Assembly (NCBI GenBank): GCA_963737265.1
Contig: CAVTRY010000002.1
Span: 42,018 to 106,017 of the forward strand
Direction: 5' to 3'
Length of the DNA stretch: 64,000 nt
Source of the DNA: an uncultured delta proteobacterium
Lineage (GTDB): Bacteria > Myxococcota_A > Polyangia > Fen-1088
Shown: positions 16,427 to 26,996 of the stretch, piece after piece
Position numbering within the stretch: the first letter of the stretch is position 1
How the letters are laid out: each line of letters begins with the position of its first letter
The notes under the pieces: generated by a model
Told to the model about the DNA's origin: nothing
The model's input: the letters and a program-made list of their open reading frames with translations, nothing else
Database searches by the model: none
Translations under genes and position numbers: made by a program

Positions 16427-17851
16427 ATGACCGACAAAGACAAGACAAAGGCGGCGCCCAAGGCCGGCGGCCGTGGTGCGCGTTTCCACGGTGCCATGGA
16501 CGAAGCCGCCGCGGCCTTGAACGCGAGCGTGGATTTCGACCGGCGCCTCCTGCGCGACGATGTGCGCGGCAGCCAGGCGCATGCGCGCATGCTCGCTTTC
16601 GTGGGACTTATCTCCGCCGACGACGCCAAGCAAATCGTGACCGGCTTGGAACAGGTGGCGGGCGAATTCGAGCGCGGCGAGCGCACCATGGATCCCGCCC
16701 TCGAAGACGTGCACATGAACGTCGAGAGCCGCCTCATCGAGCTGGTCGGCGACGCTGGCCGCCGCCTGCACACCGCGCGCAGCCGCAACGACCAGGTCGC
16801 TACCGACATGCGGCTTTACGCCCTGTCCGCCGCCAGCGCCATCGTCATCGCCATCGACAAGGCGCGCGTCGCCCTATGCCGGCGCGCCCGCGAGCACGCG
16901 GCCACGCTCATCCCAGGCTACACGCACCTGCAGCGCGCCCAGGCCGTCACTCTCGGTCACCACCTGCTGGCCTACACCGAAATGCTCGGCCGTGACCGCG
17001 GCCGTTTCCTCGATGCCGCCCGCCGCGCCTCCGAATGCCCGCTCGGTTCGGGCGCGCTTGCGTCCACCTCGCTACCCATCCAGCGCGAAATGACCAGCGC
17101 CGATCTCGGCTTCGCCGCGCCCACGCGCAACAGCCTCGACGCGGTTTCCGATCGCGACTTCTGCGCCGAGCTGGCCTTCGCTTGCGCGCTCTTGGGTGTG
17201 CACCTGTCGCGCCTGGGCGAAGAGCTGGTGTTGTGGTCGACCACGGAATTCGGCTTCGTACGCCTCGGCGAAGGACATTGCTCGGGCAGCTCGCTCATGC
17301 CGCAAAAACGCAACCCCGACATCGCCGAGCTGATGCGCGCCAAGCCCGGCCGCCTCATCGGCGACGTGGTGGCGCTGCTGACGGTGAGCAAAGGCCTGGC
17401 GCTCGCCTACAACAAGGACTTGCAAGAAACCCAGGAGCCCTTCTACGACGCCATCGAGACCACCCGACTGGTTCTCGACGTGCTGCCCCGCCTCATCGCC
17501 GGCCTCGAATTCAACGTCGAGCGCATGAAGGACGCCGCCAGCGATCCCGCCCTCGGCGCGACCGACCTCGCCGAGCACCTGGTACGCGACGGCGTCCCCT
17601 TCCGCCGCGCCCACGAAATCGTTGGCAAGCTCGTCCGCCACGCCGAACAGCTCGGCCTCTCCCTGCGCGACGTGCCCGAGCACGACCTGCCCCAAATCGC
17701 CGAAGAGCTTCACGTCGCCGCCTTGCAGGTGCTCAGCCCCGGCCGCGCCGTCGCCGGCCACACCGCCATAGGCGGCCCCGCCCCCGCGCAAGTCACGCAT
17801 GAAGTTCAGCGCCTGACCGCCGAGCTCAAGGGCCTGGGTTACGAGGTGTAG
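16427..17851 (+). CDS. argH: Argininosuccinate lyase
   Basis: LHTARSRNDQV, GYTHLQRAQ, GSSLMPQKRNPD, YNKDLQE. Confidence 0.96.
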   Translation: MTDKDKTKAAPKAGGRGARFHGAMDEAAAALNASVDFDRRLLRDDVRGSQAHARMLAFVGLISADDAKQIVTGLEQVAGEFERGERTMDPALEDVHMNVESRLIELVGDAGRRLHTARSRNDQVATDMRLYALSAASAIVIAIDKARVALCRRAREHAATLIPGYTHLQRAQAVTLGHHLLAYTEMLGRDRGRFLDAARRASECPLGSGALASTSLPIQREMTSADLGFAAPTRNSLDAVSDRDFCAELAFACALLGVHLSRLGEELVLWSTTEFGFVRLGEGHCSGSSLMPQKRNPDIAELMRAKPGRLIGDVVALLTVSKGLALAYNKDLQETQEPFYDAIETTRLVLDVLPRLIAGLEFNVERMKDAASDPALGATDLAEHLVRDGVPFRRAHEIVGKLVRHAEQLGLSLRDVPEHDLPQIAEELHVAALQVLSPGRAVAGHTAIGGPAPAQVTHEVQRLTAELKGLGYEV

Positions 17852-17925
17852 AATGTCCAGCCGGGCTCGGACTTGGCGCTGACACACGCGTAGTCCGTAC
17901 CGGAGAGCTCGGGCCCGGCAGTCCT

Positions 17926-18684
17926 TCAGCCCTCAGCGAAGGGATCGTGGTACGTGCCGAGGCGTTGCTGCACGAGACGGTGGATGACCCCCGGCTGGTG
18001 GACGAGGTAGCGGTACCAGCGCTGGCGGGGCTCGCTTAGCAGTCGGTAGAACCATTCCAATCCTCCGTTCGTGATCCAGGTCGGAGGGCGCTCCAGTTTT
18101 CCGGCCTCGTAGTCAATCGTTCCTCCGAGTGGCAAGAAGGTTTTGACGTGAGGCATCCGCTCCCGATTCTTGACGATGAATTTCTCTTGCCGTCCGGCTC
18201 CCAATCCCACGAGGAGCACCGTCGCCCTGGACTCGTTGATCTTGGCGACCATCCGATCCACCTCGCCTGGCCTGCTATCGAAGTCGAGCGGAGGGGAATC
18301 GGTTCCCACCACCATCTCCCGCCCCACCTTGGCGTTCACGTTCTTGCCCGCCACGTCGGCCACCCCCGGCCCCCCACCACAGATGAAGACGGTCACGCCG
18401 GGATCGCTCCGGTGCCGCATGTAATACCGTGGGAAGAAATCGGATCCCGAGACGCGCTCTTTGAACGGAGTTCCCAGGAGACGAGCTGCGACGACGAGGA
18501 TTTGGCTGTCGCACGTGACGATGTCGAATCGAGGTAGGATGTCGTAAAATTGCCGATCTTTTTGCAGTTTCATTATCATGTCGACGTGAAGGGTCAGCAA
18601 CGTCCCTTCCTTGAACGAATCGAGCAATTCGTCCATGGTGATATTGTCGACTTCGACATTCAGAAGCTTGATCCGATCGCGCAT
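17926..18684 (-). CDS. WecB/TagA/CpsF family glycosyltransferase
   Basis: ERVSGSD, VGLGAGRQEKFI, GLEWFYRLLSEPR..RY. Confidence 0.9.
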   Translation of the reverse strand: MRDRIKLLNVEVDNITMDELLDSFKEGTLLTLHVDMIMKLQKDRQFYDILPRFDIVTCDSQILVVAARLLGTPFKERVSGSDFFPRYYMRHRSDPGVTVFICGGGPGVADVAGKNVNAKVGREMVVGTDSPPLDFDSRPGEVDRMVAKINESRATVLLVGLGAGRQEKFIVKNRERMPHVKTFLPLGGTIDYEAGKLERPPTWITNGGLEWFYRLLSEPRQRWYRYLVHQPGVIHRLVQQRLGTYHDPFAEG

Positions 18685-18702
18685 TGTCGTTGACTCGGTA
18701 CT

Positions 18703-19596
18703 TTATCGAACAGCGTCGCCCATCGCCGACGTCGGAGCGATTCCCCAAGCACGATCGATGAGCTCCTTGCTTTGTCGAATATTCCCCGGGGAAGACGCTC
18801 CGAACACGATGGAGTGAAGCCCTTCGAGCCCACAGACCCACTCGATGGCCTCCCGGGGCGGAATCGCGCCCGACGCGAAGATCGACATGGCGATGGCCCG
18901 GCATCGACTCGAACGTAGCAACTGCCGGTAGGCATCGATCCCGCCTGACATCCGAAAGCCAATCTTGTTGATATTGGCGCATACGATTGGGTTCGCGATT
19001 CCCGCTCCCTCGAGAACATCAACCAGCATTGGCATGTTCATCGTAATGAAACCGGCCTCTGCGTCGTACTTTTCGCGAATGTGTTCGTGGAATGCTGGGA
19101 ACACGTCGTAGAGCTTGAGGCCGAGCAACAGATCCGTCACCACATTTTGAACGAAGACCACCGGCGTCTTCACCCCCGCGAAGCGCTTCATTTCAGCGTC
19201 CACCAACATCTTCATCAGACGGTAGACGTCTTGCGTCACCGCCGAAATCGCTCCCTGAATCAATGTTCCAACCAGGCTTCCGGGGGCAAAGCGGCGAACG
19301 GTGTCGATGATTCCCACTTCACCCACCGAATTCGCGTACTTGTGCGCGTACGGCATGCATGGATAAAACTCGAAGTCGGCGTGTCGCTTGGGATTCGCTC
19401 GGATAATATCGATGATGTCACCAACGCGATCGTGGGTGGTACACATGAAGACCTTGATGCCGCAATCGTAGGCGGAATCGAGGACGCGCATGATGGCGGG
19501 AGCGTCTTTGAACCGCGTCGCCTGGGCGCGTGATTTTTCTTCGGACATGTGGTTCACACCGAAGAACTGGTTGTCGCCGAATAGGATTCGTTCCAC
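18703..19596 (-). CDS. Conserved hypothetical protein (aldo/keto-reductase-like fold suspected)
   Basis: ILFGDNQFFGVNH N-terminus; co-oriented between oxidoreductase and glycosyltransferase genes. Confidence 0.7.
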   Translation of the reverse strand: MERILFGDNQFFGVNHMSEEKSRAQATRFKDAPAIMRVLDSAYDCGIKVFMCTTHDRVGDIIDIIRANPKRHADFEFYPCMPYAHKYANSVGEVGIIDTVRRFAPGSLVGTLIQGAISAVTQDVYRLMKMLVDAEMKRFAGVKTPVVFVQNVVTDLLLGLKLYDVFPAFHEHIREKYDAEAGFITMNMPMLVDVLEGAGIANPIVCANINKIGFRMSGGIDAYRQLLRSSRCRAIAMSIFASGAIPPREAIEWVCGLEGLHSIVFGASSPGNIRQSKELIDRAWGIAPTSAMGDAVR

Positions 19597-19597
19597 G

Positions 19598-20620
19598 CTA
19601 GCTTCCCGTCTGCGAGGTCTTCTTGATGAGGTCGATAATCCGATCGGTCTCGAAGGCGCTGGCGAAGGAGTTTTCGTGCTTAGGATCGCCCCGCAAGATT
19701 GCCGCGATGAAGGCTTCCAACTGCGCCGAGTACTCTTCGCCGCGCAGGTAGAAAGCGACGGGGGCCTGAAGATCGGTGATGTAGCGGACCGTCCATCCTG
19801 CGGGGTACGCCTCGAACTCCGCGCCGGCGCGGAGGTACACTTTGCACTCTTGCCGATCGGCGATGATCTTGCCGTTCGTTCCAGAGACGATGATCGTCGT
19901 GCTCATCTTCCGGTAGGTTTCGTCGCTCCAATTCGTCTCCAGAAGACCCGTGGCGCCGGACGGATACCGGAACAGGGCGTAAACGGCGTCCTCTACGTCC
20001 TGGGAATAGATGCTTCGCAGCTGCGCGGCCAGCACCTGCTCGGGCGGGCCGACCACGAAGTTCATGAGGTCGACAACGTGCGACGCATAGTCGTGAAGGC
20101 AACCGCCTCCTTCCGACTTCTTCGACCGCCACGTGCTTCCGGCCTTGGGGCGAGTCACAACGGGGCCGAAGGCCGTCCCGGAGACATGGTAGATTTCCCC
20201 CAAGGCACCCGCTTTTACCAGTCGTTCGGTCTCGCGGAAGGTCCCAATGAAACGGTTGTGATAGCCGACCTGATTGGCGCACCCCTTCTCCTGCGCTATG
20301 TCCGCCAAGCGCCGACTGTCCTTCGGGTCGAGGCAGAGGGGCTTCTCCACAAATACGTGAAGCCCCCTCTCCATCGCGTAACTGGCGGCGTCAAAATGGG
20401 ACGACGACGGCGTCGCCACGAATACGCAGTCGAGCTTGGCGGACTCGATCATCTTCCTGTAGTCCTTGAAAGCTTCGATCCCGGTATGCTTGCGTAACGC
20501 TGAGGTAACATATGTCGAGCTGTCGCATATCGCCGCCATCTGGACATCCGGGTGGGCACCCAGAATCGCATAGTGGGAAATTCCCATCTTCCCGACACCG
20601 ATCAGTCCCGCTCGAATCAT
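19598..20620 (-). CDS. Gfo/Idh/MocA family oxidoreductase
   Basis: GVGKMG, HVFVEKP, GGGCLHDYASH. Confidence 0.92.
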   Translation of the reverse strand: MIRAGLIGVGKMGISHYAILGAHPDVQMAAICDSSTYVTSALRKHTGIEAFKDYRKMIESAKLDCVFVATPSSSHFDAASYAMERGLHVFVEKPLCLDPKDSRRLADIAQEKGCANQVGYHNRFIGTFRETERLVKAGALGEIYHVSGTAFGPVVTRPKAGSTWRSKKSEGGGCLHDYASHVVDLMNFVVGPPEQVLAAQLRSIYSQDVEDAVYALFRYPSGATGLLETNWSDETYRKMSTTIIVSGTNGKIIADRQECKVYLRAGAEFEAYPAGWTVRYITDLQAPVAFYLRGEEYSAQLEAFIAAILRGDPKHENSFASAFETDRIIDLIKKTSQTGS

Positions 20621-20867
20621 GCTGAACCGTCCATAGATGCCGTTGACTCCTCGAGGATGGGGCTCACGATCGACAATCCCGGGACCCTACACCGTCTGAC
20701 AAACGCCTGACAAGGCTCTTGATGCTGGTGCTGGTACGTGCCGATCGTCCGACGTATCCGGTCGAGAGGGATGTGCATTTTGATGAATAGACTGTATCAT
20801 CGGTCTGGAAAGTACATCCCGCTCGGCTGATGGCCGATGCTCGTTCCCCTGTTGTCGGAGTGTCGCC

Positions 20868-21821
20868 TTGAATCGACGGTACGTCATCATCAGTCCGGCG
20901 CGAGACGAATTCGAGTTCGCACGCCGCACCCTCGACAGCGTGACCAGACAGACGGTGCCGCCGACCCTGTGGGTCATTGTCGATGACGGATCGACTGACG
21001 GCACCTCCGGGCTACTCGCAGAGTACGCCGCTCGTTTTCCCTACATTCGCGTGCAACGACGACAAGATCGAGGAGTGCGGAGTGTTGGTCCGGGCGTCAT
21101 CGAGGCGTTCTATGACGGCTTCAACGCGGTGGAGCAGCTCGACAGCTATGCCTATATCTGTAAGCTCAACCTCGACCTCGACCTGCCCCTGCGCTACTTC
21201 GAGTTGCTCATGGAGCGAATGGAGACGGAGCCCCGCCTGGGCACCTGCTCCGGCAAAGCGTACTTTCCGGGGCCGAGCAATCACCTTAAGAATTGGGACG
21301 GCGAGCTGATCGGTGAACACTGCGGCGACGAAATGTCGGTCGGGATGACCAAGTTCTATCGGGTTGAGTGTTTCCAGGCCATCGGCGGGTTCGTCCGGCA
21401 GGTCATGTGGGATGGAATAGATTGCCATCGCTGTCGGATGCTTGGCTGGATCGCGCGTAGTTGGGACGATCCGGAGCTACGGTTCATTCACCTGCGACCG
21501 ATGGGATCGAGCCATCAGGGCATAATCACGGGCCGCAAGCGCCACGGGTTCGGCCAGTACTTCATGGGAACGTCGTTGTGGTACATGACGGCTAGCGCCG
21601 TCTTCCGGGCGGCACATTCCCCGTACGTGACTGGCGGCGCCGCGATGATGTGGGGCTATCTCGAGAGCATGATCAAGGGAAGGCCACGGCTCGAAGATCC
21701 AGAGTTCCGGGCGTTCCTGCGCCGCTATCAGCGGGACTGCCTGTTGCTGGGCAAGAAGCGCGCAACCGCCAGGTTGGACGCCCGTCAGGAGCCGCGCTGG
21801 CGACCGGGTCGGGCCGCGTAG
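20868..21821 (+). CDS. Glycosyltransferase family 2
   Basis: ISPARDE, IVDDGSTDGT; the DxD position reads KLNLD. Confidence 0.88.
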   Translation: MNRRYVIISPARDEFEFARRTLDSVTRQTVPPTLWVIVDDGSTDGTSGLLAEYAARFPYIRVQRRQDRGVRSVGPGVIEAFYDGFNAVEQLDSYAYICKLNLDLDLPLRYFELLMERMETEPRLGTCSGKAYFPGPSNHLKNWDGELIGEHCGDEMSVGMTKFYRVECFQAIGGFVRQVMWDGIDCHRCRMLGWIARSWDDPELRFIHLRPMGSSHQGIITGRKRHGFGQYFMGTSLWYMTASAVFRAAHSPYVTGGAAMMWGYLESMIKGRPRLEDPEFRAFLRRYQRDCLLLGKKRATARLDARQEPRWRPGRAA

Positions 21822-21883
21822 CCCATTAGCCGGATGGACGGACGTGCATCCACCGTGCGGGCGGTCACGCATCTGGCTCGCAG

Positions 21884-22306
21884 CTACTTGAGGCCCAGAT
21901 GATCGAGGATGCGGGCAGCGTAGGTGTGCAGGTCGTCCAGGTGTTTGTCGGCTATTGCCAGCATGATGGCGGGATCGAGGGCCTGGTACTGATGGACGGC
22001 GATGTTGCGAAACCCGACCATGCGCCGCAGTCGACCGGCCAGCTCTTCGTCGATCACGCCGTGCTTGGCAAGTAATGTGAACCCTTCGGCCAGATCCATC
22101 GGGACGCCGTAGCGCTCGGACGAAACGACGTGCATCGCGAGGTCGATGGCGGCCTGGGCGGCCCGCTGCAGGTTGACGGCCAGCAGGTCGTCGATGTCGA
22201 TGGGCAGCAGGTAGGGCTGGCGGGCTGGGCTGCGGATCTCGGCAATGCGCGCCCGACACCTTTCCATGGTGGCGACCTTGGCCAGCACCACACCAGCGTC
22301 GGTCAT
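21884..22306 (-). CDS. hepT: HepT-like HEPN RNase toxin (DUF86, type VII TA)
   Basis: MVGFRNIAVHQY (R-X4-H-X-Y); downstream of a minimal nucleotidyltransferase gene. Confidence 0.88.
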   Translation of the reverse strand: MTDAGVVLAKVATMERCRARIAEIRSPARQPYLLPIDIDDLLAVNLQRAAQAAIDLAMHVVSSERYGVPMDLAEGFTLLAKHGVIDEELAGRLRRMVGFRNIAVHQYQALDPAIMLAIADKHLDDLHTYAARILDHLGLK

Positions 22307-22698
22307 GAACCACCTCGACCAGGGCGCGCTCGGCCGCCGCACGGGAAATCTTCAAATCCACGTAGCGCGAGGGCAGCAGCATGGCGAACATGTGCCGGTC
22401 CGTCGGATCTCGGTCGAGCAACAGCTGTCCGCCGCGCAGCACCTGGCGCCCCACGATGGGCGAGGCTCGAACGGAGGTCGACCAAGTCGACGTCCCGACC
22501 CAGCACCGCGCAGAGCTCGAGGCGAGCCGCAAGCACCGCCGCGGTGGGCACCGGCGCGGAAAACAGCGCCGCGAGATCGACGTCCGAATCGTCCCGCGCC
22601 TCGCCTCGCGCTTGCGAGCCAAACAGCCACAGCGCCGAAAGCGGAAACCGACCCTCGAGCAGAGACGCTGCGGCGGCAAGCGCTTCATGAGTGACCAA
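22303..22698 (-). pseudogene. mntA: MntA-like minimal nucleotidyltransferase antitoxin, frameshift near 22470
   Basis: LFGSQARG..DSDVDLA and VDLVDL; the expected tail ASPIVGRQVLRGG.. is in another frame after an extra T. Confidence 0.8.
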
Positions 22699-22743
22699 GG
22701 TGAAGCTTAGGCTAGCACGGCGGAGCCTTGGCGGCGTGATCGC

Positions 22744-23508
22744 CTACTGCCGAACCGGAACGCTGCGGGCGCGCAGGTAGTCGCGCGCTTGGCCAATGGT
22801 GAATTCGCCGAAGTGAAAAATCGAGGCGGCCAGCACGGCGTCGGCGCCGCCGGCGACCACGCCTTGGTAGAGGTGTTCGAGGTTGCCCACGCCGCCCGAG
22901 GCGATGACGGGGACGGGCACGCGGTCGGCGACGGCGCGGGTGAGCTCGAGGTCGAAGCCGTCGCGGGTGCCATCACGGTCCATGCTGGTGAGCAAGATTT
23001 CGCCCGCGCCGAGCTCGGCCATGCGCACGCACCAAGCAACGGCGTCGAGACCGGTGCCCTTGCGGCCACCGTGGGTGAAGACCTCCCATTCGCCCGGCCG
23101 GTCCACGCGCCGGCGCGCATCCACGGCCACCACGAAGGCCTGGCTGCCGAAGGCATCGGCGACGCGCCGGACGAGCTCGGGGTCGTGAACCGCCGCCGTG
23201 TTGATGCCGACCTTGTCGGCGCCGGCGCGCAAAAGCGTGCGCACGTCTTCCACGCTGCGCACGCCACCACCCACGGTAAGCGGCAGGAAGACCTTCTCGG
23301 CGGTCATGCGCACGACATCGATCATGGTGGCGCGTCCGTCCGACGAGGCGGTGATGTCGAGAAAGCAAATCTCGTCGGCGCCCTGGCGGTCGTATTCGGC
23401 GGCGACCTCGACCGGATCGCCGGCATCGCGCAGTTCCACGAAACGCACGCCCTTCTTCACGCGGCCGGCGTCGACGTCCAAGCAGGGGATGATTCTGCGC
23501 GCGAGCAT
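22744..23508 (-). CDS. hisF: Imidazole glycerol phosphate synthase cyclase subunit
   Basis: [28 protein letters not shown]. Confidence 0.97.
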   Translation of the reverse strand: MLARRIIPCLDVDAGRVKKGVRFVELRDAGDPVEVAAEYDRQGADEICFLDITASSDGRATMIDVVRMTAEKVFLPLTVGGGVRSVEDVRTLLRAGADKVGINTAAVHDPELVRRVADAFGSQAFVVAVDARRRVDRPGEWEVFTHGGRKGTGLDAVAWCVRMAELGAGEILLTSMDRDGTRDGFDLELTRAVADRVPVPVIASGGVGNLEHLYQGVVAGGADAVLAASIFHFGEFTIGQARDYLRARSVPVRQ

Positions 23509-23511
23509 GAG

Positions 23512-24258
23512 CTACTTTCGCTTCTCGCTTCGCCTCTCGGCCGCGGCCGCGAGCGCCTCTTCGATGGTGAACGCGCCTTCGTAGAGCGCCTTGCCGATAA
23601 CCACCGAGGCCGCACCGGTGGCACGCACCTGATGGATATCTTCGAGTTTCGACATTCCGCCCGAGGCGATGACGGCGCAGGGTCGGATTCTGTCGGCCAA
23701 TCGAGCCGTCGCTTCCAGGTTGGGTCCCGTACGCATGCCGTCGCGTCCAATGTCGGTGTACAGCACCGCCTCGGCGCCGCCAGCGGCGACCTGATGTCCG
23801 ATCTCCAGCGCATCGGCGCTGGTGTCCTCCTTCCAGCCTTCGACGGCCACCTTGCCCGCACGCGCATCCACCGCGACGACGATGCGTTTGGGGTAGCGTT
23901 GGCAGGCTTCCCTGACAACGGCGGGCGTCTTGATGGCCGCGGTGCCGAAAACCGCGTAGCGCGCACCCAAGGCGAAGATTCGCGCGCATGCTTCGAGGGT
24001 ACGGATGCCGCCACCGATTTCCACTTCCATCTTGCCGGCGGCGGCGAGGATTTTCTTGATGACGGCGTGGTTGTGCTTGGCACCGCCCGACAGGGCAGCG
24101 TCCAGATCCACAACGTGCAAGCGCGCCGCGCCTGCGGCGGCAAACCGGCGCGCCAGCTCCCAAGGCGCATGCGAATAGATCTTGGCGCTTTCGGGCCGGC
24201 CCTGTTCTAGCCGGACCGCCTTGCCGTCAAGAAGATCGATAGCGGGAAAGACCTGCAT
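23512..24258 (-). CDS. hisA: ProFAR isomerase
   Basis: [34 protein letters not shown]. Confidence 0.95.
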   Translation of the reverse strand: MQVFPAIDLLDGKAVRLEQGRPESAKIYSHAPWELARRFAAAGAARLHVVDLDAALSGGAKHNHAVIKKILAAAGKMEVEIGGGIRTLEACARIFALGARYAVFGTAAIKTPAVVREACQRYPKRIVVAVDARAGKVAVEGWKEDTSADALEIGHQVAAGGAEAVLYTDIGRDGMRTGPNLEATARLADRIRPCAVIASGGMSKLEDIHQVRATGAASVVIGKALYEGAFTIEEALAAAAERRSEKRK

Positions 24259-24269
24259 GCAGTTTTCCT

Positions 24270-24899
24270 CTACGTGGAAACGAAACGTGAGAGCAGCGCC
24301 AGTCCAGCACGCTGGCTTTTTTCGGGGTGGAACTGGGAGGCAAAGATGTTGTCGCGAGCAACCGCGGCACAAAACTCGACGCCGTGGTCCGAAACCAGGG
24401 CCACGTCGCGAGGGTCGGCAGGCACCGGGTAGTAGCTGTGTACGAAGTAGAAGTAGGTCGCATCCGTGGTGTCCGCTAGCACCGGCGACGTGGGCGCCGC
24501 CGGCCGTCGACATGCGTTCCAGCCCATGTGCGGAACCTTGAGCGGCGGCGCGATGGCGAACTTCACCACCTTGCCGGGAAGAAGGCCAAGGCCGGCGCAA
24601 CCCGGGTCTTCCTCGCTGTGGGCGAACAAGACTTGCAGCCCCAAACAGATCCCGAGATAGGGCTTGCCGGCGCGAACCGCCGCCACCACCACGTCCCGCA
24701 GGGCGCCACCCTCGCGCATGAGCCCGGCCATGCATCCGCCAAAGGCGCCTTGGCCCGGCACGACAACCTTGTCCGCGGACGCTACCTTGTCGGCGTCATG
24801 GGTCACGAAGGCGTCGGCTCCGGCGCAGAGCAGGGCCTTTTCGACGCTGCGCAAATTTCCACTGCCGGTGTCGACAATTGCAATGCTGGGTTTTCCCAT
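24270..24899 (-). CDS. hisH: Imidazole glycerol phosphate synthase glutaminase subunit
   Basis: GNLRSV, GICLGLQ, PHMGWN, QFHPEKS. Confidence 0.95.
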   Translation of the reverse strand: MGKPSIAIVDTGSGNLRSVEKALLCAGADAFVTHDADKVASADKVVVPGQGAFGGCMAGLMREGGALRDVVVAAVRAGKPYLGICLGLQVLFAHSEEDPGCAGLGLLPGKVVKFAIAPPLKVPHMGWNACRRPAAPTSPVLADTTDATYFYFVHSYYPVPADPRDVALVSDHGVEFCAAVARDNIFASQFHPEKSQRAGLALLSRFVST

Positions 24900-24923
24900 G
24901 TGCGAAGTCAACGAACGGCCGGG

Positions 24924-25523
24924 TCAGGCCGTCAACGTTCCTTTGGTGGAAGGCACGCTAGCTTCGCGCGGATCGACGGTGATTGCACCACGCAAAGCAC
25001 GAGCAAATGCCTTGAACAATGCTTCTAGTATGTGGTGGGCGTTTTCGCCGTACGCGACTTGCAGGTGCAAATTGCACAGCGCTGTCGACGTGAATCCGGC
25101 GAAAAACTCGCGTGCCAGCTCGGCGTCGAAGCTGCCGACCTTTCGACCCTTGAGCGCGTCGGCCTGGTAGACGAAGGCGGCGCGTCCGCCAAGGTCGACC
25201 GCTGCCCGCACCAGTGCCTCGTCCATGGGAATGGCGGCGTCGCCATAGCGGCTGATGCCGCGCCGATCGCCGAGCGCCTGGCGAACCGCCTGGCCGAGGC
25301 AAATGCCCGCATCCTCGACGGTGTGGTGACCGTCCACCTGGACATCGCCGCGCGCATCGATCTTCAAATCGATGAGGCTGTGCCGGCCGAACGCGTCCAG
25401 CATGTGCCCGAAGAAGGGCAGCGGCGTGGCGATCTCGCACTTGCCGCTGCCGTCGAGGTCGACCGCGACCTTGATCTGGGTTTCCTTGGTGATTCGTTCG
25501 ATTTCCGCCCGGCGCATGGGCAT
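24924..25523 (-). CDS. hisB: Imidazoleglycerol-phosphate dehydratase
   Basis: DGHHTVED, PMDEAL, NAHHILEALFKA, PSTKG. Confidence 0.96.
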   Translation of the reverse strand: MPMRRAEIERITKETQIKVAVDLDGSGKCEIATPLPFFGHMLDAFGRHSLIDLKIDARGDVQVDGHHTVEDAGICLGQAVRQALGDRRGISRYGDAAIPMDEALVRAAVDLGGRAAFVYQADALKGRKVGSFDAELAREFFAGFTSTALCNLHLQVAYGENAHHILEALFKAFARALRGAITVDPREASVPSTKGTLTA

Positions 25524-25571
25524 CCACTATGACGGTCGGCGCGGACGAAATCAAACTCGCATGGCGACTCT

Positions 25572-26366
25572 GTGTGGAGGAATCCCCAGATTGGCCTTAG
25601 TCTTGGAGACGTGCACGTCGTGCTGAAAGTCCTGGTCGTTGCCGGATTGGTCGGGTGCCAGGTTTTGACCAGTGGTACGCCGAGTGAAGGCGTGGTCGCC
25701 GCGACGCTCGACGCATCCGTCGCGGACCATGCGGATGGTGCGACCTCGGCGGCGGACGCGGAACAGGCAAACGATGTCGGTGAAACACCCGGCGTTGCGG
25801 GTCCGGCCGACGTGGTCGGCTGCTCCGATGGCACCCGCGAGGGCTTCCGCGACTTCGCCACCTGGCGAACCATCGCCGGGTGCGCGGGTGGATGGGATCA
25901 GCCGGGCGTGATCGGCTCGCCAGAACTATCTCCGGTTTGCGGCCTCAACGCGGGCGACAGCAGTCCCAACCCAAACGGCAAGGGCTGTAACGCGGCGGAT
26001 CTTTGCGCCAAGCACTGGCATCTTTGTCTGGACGGCTACGATGTGTCCCAGCATTCACCTTCCGGCGATTGCGAAAGCTGCGTACCTGCGAACGAGCGCC
26101 GCTTCTTTCTCGTGGGGTCGGGTGCCTCGCCCATGGGAATATGCTCCCCCGATCCCTCGGCGACCAATGACCTGCACGGCTGCGGAGGCTTAGGGGAGCC
26201 TGAAACGGAGGCCTGCTATCCCTTGTTTCGCCGCATGGGTTTCGCCGATTGTCTCGCCACCCGCGGGGTTTGGTCATGCGGGGACGAAGCCGACTCCTTG
26301 CAAGAGGCGCTGAAGGTCACCAAGACGGGCCCGACCATGGGTGGCGTGCTGTGCTGCCAGGACTGA
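25572..26366 (+). CDS. Cys-rich exported protein / lipoprotein (start uncertain)
   Basis: Hydrophobic stretch ending LVGC; 16 Cys; ends GGVLCCQD. Confidence 0.7.
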   Translation: MWRNPQIGLSLGDVHVVLKVLVVAGLVGCQVLTSGTPSEGVVAATLDASVADHADGATSAADAEQANDVGETPGVAGPADVVGCSDGTREGFRDFATWRTIAGCAGGWDQPGVIGSPELSPVCGLNAGDSSPNPNGKGCNAADLCAKHWHLCLDGYDVSQHSPSGDCESCVPANERRFFLVGSGASPMGICSPDPSATNDLHGCGGLGEPETEACYPLFRRMGFADCLATRGVWSCGDEADSLQEALKVTKTGPTMGGVLCCQD

Positions 26367-26453
26367 CGACGTTGACGACGTTATCGACGATATTCTCATT
26401 GTGGCGATTTGAGCTATGCTTCGAGCCATCGCTCGTCGGCGAGGTAGGTAGCT

Positions 26454-26996
26454 ATGTCCGAGCTCAGCAAATATGTCCCTGCGGCTACTGTTCTCGTTGC
26501 GCTGATTTGGGGCGGTGCCTGCAGTCTCAACGACGGCGGCCTGGGTCTGGCCCCGGACAGTCGTGCGGCGGGCGGCGCGGGCGGCACGGCGATCTGTCCC
26601 GCCGGGGTCATCGACCAGGCAGGTTGGCCCGCCGGAACGACCTACACGTCCTGCACCCAGACCTGCGGCCCGGACGGCATCGGCACCAAGACCTGCGGCC
26701 AAACTAACTTGGCGACCTGTCAGGCAGCCGGTGGCTGTGTTTGCTCCACCTTGTCCACGACCACCCCCACCTGCGTAACCTGCGCGGTGTGCGTCTTGCC
26801 ATCCACGTCCGCCTGCTACCTGCCCAGCAACGCGGCGTCTCCATCGAGCTGCGCGACTTCGGTCGCGAAGGGCGGCGCGTGCAGCCCTGCCTGTGGCAAA
26901 CAGCTGTGCATCCAGGCCGACGGTAAGACCGGCTGCGTGTGCAATGCCGAAAAGAAATACGCCTGCGCCTCCTGGAGCGGTACGTCCTGGAAGTAG
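26454..26996 (+). CDS. Small Cys-rich lipoprotein
   Basis: GAGG RBS; hydrophobic leader ending GGAC; 19 Cys in 180 aa. Confidence 0.75.
   Translation: MSELSKYVPAATVLVALIWGGACSLNDGGLGLAPDSRAAGGAGGTAICPAGVIDQAGWPAGTTYTSCTQTCGPDGIGTKTCGQTNLATCQAAGGCVCSTLSTTTPTCVTCAVCVLPSTSACYLPSNAASPSSCATSVAKGGACSPACGKQLCIQADGKTGCVCNAEKKYACASWSGTSWK

Noticed and set aside
17860-17919. REP-like palindromes here and at ~21828-21877
   Set aside because: Single, mutually dissimilar imperfect hairpins between convergent genes; probably ordinary transcript-end structures.
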